A DNA stretch of 64,000 nucleotides, taken from NCBI GenBank assembly GCA_032161105.1, contig JAVHTD010000012.1; one strand, given 5' to 3'. The translations under genes were made by a program, and so were the position numbers. Position 1 is the stretch's first letter. Every line of letters starts with the position of its first letter. The notes under the pieces are model-generated. The model did no database searches. It had not been told where the DNA came from and saw nothing but the letters and a program-made list of their open reading frames with translations. Origin of the DNA: Candidatus Thermosaccharophagus tengchongensis (GTDB lineage: Bacteria; Armatimonadota; Fervidibacteria; Fervidibacterales; Thermosaccharophagaceae). This document shows positions 59,293 to 64,000 of the stretch, piece after piece.

Positions 59293-60285
59293 GTGAGCTG
59301 CATGGATTGGGACGAGCAAGTTGAGAAGCATCGCGAACTTGATGAACATCCGGGGGAGCTTCTTGATGGCGACGGGGCTGCGCTCGGCGATGTTGCATGT
59401 GATGACGATATGGAGTTTCAAGATGGCGAAGGCATTATGGATGCTGACGAGGCTGTGAGTGACCCGTTGGAGGCATACATGCGCGTTGTTTCGCAAACAC
59501 CTCTTCTGACTCCTGAGGAGGAAGTGGAGTTATCAAAGCGCTTGAGCAAGGGCGACTTGGAAGCGCGCCAAAAGATGGTGGAAGCCAACCTGCGTTTGGT
59601 AGTCCACATAGCGAAGCAATTTGCCTCTCAAACTTCGCTCCCGCTTGCGGACATAATCCAAGAGGGTAACTTGGGATTGATGCGAGCAGTTGATAAGTTT
59701 GATTGGAGGCGTGGATACCGATTTGCAACATATGCCACTTGGTGGATAAGGCAGTCCATTAAGCGCGCCATAGCGGAACAAAGTAGGAGCGTCAAGTTGC
59801 CATTGAGCATCATCAACTTAGTCAGCAGGATAACGGCTGTGGCTCGCAGGTTGACGCAGAAGTTGGGGCGTCAGCCAACAATTGAAGAGTTGGCTGAGGC
59901 GTGTAGGATCCCGAGCAAGAGGCTTATGGATGTGATGTGCTTGATTCTGCGACCACTCTCACTTGACACGCAAGTTGAAGATAACGCCGAGATGACATTG
60001 GGCGAGTTGATAAGCGATGATGCACCTTCACCTGAGGAAGTGGCATATCAAAATGCCATGAGGGAGCACCTTAGGGATTTGCTCTCCATACTCAGCGAGC
60101 GGGAAAGGGACATCCTCAGCCTGCGCTACGGTCTTCTTGACGGCAAGGAGAGGTCGTTGGGCGAGGTTAGCAGAGTGCTCAAGATGTCAAGGGAAGCGGT
60201 GCGTCAGACGGAGCGAAAAATATTTGAGAAGCTGAGGAGCTCACTGCTGAGCAAATACCTTCGCGACTACTTGGAGGCATCTTGA
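59293..60285 (+). CDS. RpoD/RpoS-type sigma-70 factor (diverged, short N-terminus)
   Basis: ANLRLVV, IQEGNLGLMRAVDKFD and FATYATWWIRQ. Confidence 0.9.
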   Translation: MSCMDWDEQVEKHRELDEHPGELLDGDGAALGDVACDDDMEFQDGEGIMDADEAVSDPLEAYMRVVSQTPLLTPEEEVELSKRLSKGDLEARQKMVEANLRLVVHIAKQFASQTSLPLADIIQEGNLGLMRAVDKFDWRRGYRFATYATWWIRQSIKRAIAEQSRSVKLPLSIINLVSRITAVARRLTQKLGRQPTIEELAEACRIPSKRLMDVMCLILRPLSLDTQVEDNAEMTLGELISDDAPSPEEVAYQNAMREHLRDLLSILSERERDILSLRYGLLDGKERSLGEVSRVLKMSREAVRQTERKIFEKLRSSLLSKYLRDYLEAS

Positions 60286-60305
60286 TGAGGTTGAACGGGT
60301 GTGAG

Positions 60306-60346
60306 GGGAGGGGTGCTGTAACCCGAAGCTATAACGCACCCCTCCC
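60306..60346. terminator. Hairpin between convergent sigma and groL genes
   Basis: GGGAGGGGTGC...GCACCCCTCCC 11-bp stem. Confidence 0.55.
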
Positions 60347-60361
60347 GGTGCGGTGTCTCAG

Positions 60362-61996
<1,635 letters not shown>

Positions 61997-62051
61997 TTAG
62001 GATCACCTCCGAGCGATTGTGTTGTTCATCTGAGCCTTTGTTTGGTGTTTT

Positions 62052-62345
62052 TCATTCTCCCTCTTTGATGGCGAGGATGGAGTCTTCGTCAACGATGATG
62101 TAATCCTCGCCACCGATCCGTATTTCGGTGCCAGCATATTTTGAGAAGATAACGACATCGTTGACTTTGACGCCCACAGGGCGGCGTTCACCGTTGTCAA
62201 GCAGCTTCCCCTCACCGACGGCTACAACTATGCCCTCCTGCGGCTTCTCCTTAGCGGTATCCGGAAGGATAATTCCTCCCGCCGTCTTCTCCTCCTGCTC
62301 AAGCGGCTTGATCAGGACTTTATCACCAAGCGGACGCACCTTCAT
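62052..62345 (-). CDS. groES: Co-chaperonin GroES
   Basis: [24 protein letters not shown]. Confidence 0.97.
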   Translation of the reverse strand: MKVRPLGDKVLIKPLEQEEKTAGGIILPDTAKEKPQEGIVVAVGEGKLLDNGERRPVGVKVNDVVIFSKYAGTEIRIGGEDYIIVDEDSILAIKEGE

Positions 62346-62438
62346 CGCCCACACCCCGCTTCCCTGGATTTCCCGCAAGGCTATCCTCCCACCACATGGA
62401 GGTTGTGATTTTAGAGAGCGCATCTCCCACTGACGGTA

Positions 62439-62465
62439 TTAGCACTCGAAGGGAAGGAGTGCTAA
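62439..62465. promoter_or_regulatory. CIRCE element (HrcA operator)
   Basis: Perfect TTAGCACTC-N9-GAGTGCTAA upstream of groES; minus-strand TATAAT at 62478-62483. Confidence 0.97.
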
Positions 62466-62516
62466 TACCACTTCATCATTATAACGCGCTCCCGATGGCG
62501 AAATGCGGATTTCAAA

Positions 62517-62831
62517 TCATCCCCGCATCGGACACATGCACGGTGAGCTGCCGCATTTCGGACAACCGTTGAGATAGCGCTTGGCGGCTTTTTCCATATC
62601 CACATTTACCAAGGTTGCCAAGCTCACAAGCCATGCAAGCACATCTGCAAATTCCTCCTCCAACTCCATCAGCTCACCACGCTTTATCGCCCGCGCTAAC
62701 TCTCCAACCTCTTCAACGAACCAGAGGAATGTTCCCTCAACCCCCCTTTGTCTATCCCTCGCAACATATGCATCCGCTATAAGCCTCTGGAACTCGCCTA
62801 TGCTCAATTCCTCTTTGTCCTCCTTCCGCAT
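62517..62831 (-). CDS. MazG-like nucleotide pyrophosphohydrolase
   Basis: EEVGELA..EEEFADV; C-terminal CPKC..CMC. Confidence 0.88.
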   Translation of the reverse strand: MRKEDKEELSIGEFQRLIADAYVARDRQRGVEGTFLWFVEEVGELARAIKRGELMELEEEFADVLAWLVSLATLVNVDMEKAAKRYLNGCPKCGSSPCMCPMRG

Positions 62832-63295
62832 CCCCTTTGACCCCCTTGGAACGCCTTTGCGAGCTCCTCAGAGCGCCTCTTTATCGCGGCGACTTCGCTT
62901 CTCATCCTCGCTTCAGCTTCACCGCTTTGCAGCATTAGCATCCCAAACATCTTCACCATCCCTGTGGCACGAATGATTGCGCCGTGCCTGAGCAATGTCC
63001 CATCACCCTGCGGTTCAAGTTCAAACCAACCGATGGCTGATTTGAACGGACCCGAAAGCTGTTTAACCTCCATGTATGATGGCGGTTCAAATGTAAACTT
63101 TGACCGAACCCACTTCAGGAAGCCAAACATGTCCTCAAGTATGTCAGCAATGAGCTCATTGCCATCGTCTGAGCGCTGCACAACATGCAGCTCCTTCACA
63201 TATGCAAACATGTTCGGGTAGTTCTCCACATCCCTGAGCACACCGAAGACAACCTCAATTGGCGCCTCAATGAATGTGCTCACAATCAGTTCCAT
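62804..63295 (-). CDS. SRPBCC/polyketide cyclase family protein
   Basis: IEAPIEVVF..DVENYP and GPFK..GW. Confidence 0.8.
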   Translation of the reverse strand: MELIVSTFIEAPIEVVFGVLRDVENYPNMFAYVKELHVVQRSDDGNELIADILEDMFGFLKWVRSKFTFEPPSYMEVKQLSGPFKSAIGWFELEPQGDGTLLRHGAIIRATGMVKMFGMLMLQSGEAEARMRSEVAAIKRRSEELAKAFQGGQRGCGRRTKRN

Positions 63296-63485
63296 GAGAT
63301 CCTACTCCCCACCTTCAAGGGATATGTTCAGTTGCATTAAGTGCCATGAGCGATGAGCACAATAGCACATCACCTTCCACGCAAACTGCAGGGCGATATT
63401 CCTTTGCGTCAAACCGGAGAGAGTGCTTCCTCTAACGCCCGTCTTTCACTGCTCAATTTGCCAACCTCAGTAGTTGCTACGCGTG

Positions 63486-64000
63486 CTAAATTCGCCCCGC
63501 CTCTTTGTCCCAAGCTATCAGTATGCGCAGACCTGCAATTGCGACTTTGATGAGGGTGCTCACATCCTCAATGATCTTGAACTCGCCCGTCCGTTTTGAA
63601 TGCTCAACATTGGCAGCTGCAAGGAGCACACATCCAGCCCTCGCACCGAGAATGGACGAGACGATAAACAGAGCTGCTGCTTCCATCTCCGATGCAACGG
63701 CACCGCCTTTCACCCACGCTTCCCAGCGCTTCATCAACCTCTCATGAACTGGCATGCGCTCTGGCTCAACCTCACCATAGAATGAGTCCTTGGAGTGGAC
63801 TATGCCAACATGGTAGTGCACACCACACCTCTTTGCACCCTCAATCAAAGCCTGTGTTACAGTTATGTCCGCCACTGCCGGAAACTCAATTGGCATGTAA
63901 TGCAATGTTGTGCCCTCGTCTCTTATCGCTGCAGTGCCGATGATTATATCGCCGGGCGCAATATGTTCTTGCATGGCGCCGGAAGTCCCAACTCGTATGA
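63486..64000 (-). CDS. udp: Uridine phosphorylase (5' part lies outside the window)
   Basis: RVGTSG, AIRDEGT, SKDSFYG and EMEAA. Confidence 0.88.
   Translation of the reverse strand, partial: IRVGTSGAMQEHIAPGDIIIGTAAIRDEGTTLHYMPIEFPAVADITVTQALIEGAKRCGVHYHVGIVHSKDSFYGEVEPERMPVHERLMKRWEAWVKGGAVASEMEAAALFIVSSILGARAGCVLLAAANVEHSKRTGEFKIIEDVSTLIKVAIAGLRILIAWDKEAGRI

Overview
Bacterial chromosomal window. The gene content suggests a thermophilic, polysaccharide-degrading Armatimonadota (Fervidibacter-like) organism; this is inference from a DUF1559/H-X9-DG prepilin-like protein, many unusual glycoside hydrolases and K/E/R-rich proteins. Bases 1-25.7 kb are accessory: carbohydrate-active enzymes, an ECF sigma/anti-sigma/MucB locus, a HEPN-MNT pair, a near-perfect-repeat beta-propeller and many GTAG-type REP/REPIN palindromes. 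Bases 26-64 kb are mostly core genes: nuoB, nuoI, thiC, thiD, fabG, acpS, tldD, rfbD, four tRNAs with tadA, lgt, smc, dnaG, a sigma70 factor, groES/groL with a perfect CIRCE, and udp. No CRISPR array, rRNA, transposase or integrase was seen. Most notable observations: (1) a REPIN element inserted in frame, then tandemly duplicated, inside a glycoside hydrolase gene, matching an intergenic array 11 kb away; (2) two back-to-back matching ECF-type promoters (GGGAACT-N16-CGCTT) pointing at the ECF operon and at an exported Lys/Pro/Ala repeat polycation; (3) a repeat-bounded 1.4-kb insert carrying a freshly amplified propeller; (4) lgt divergent from a glycerol-1-phosphate dehydrogenase; (5) a clostripain homologue with Ser at the catalytic Cys position; (6) apparent strong avoidance of several 4-bp palindromes. 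Product calls come from motif recognition by eye, not database searches.
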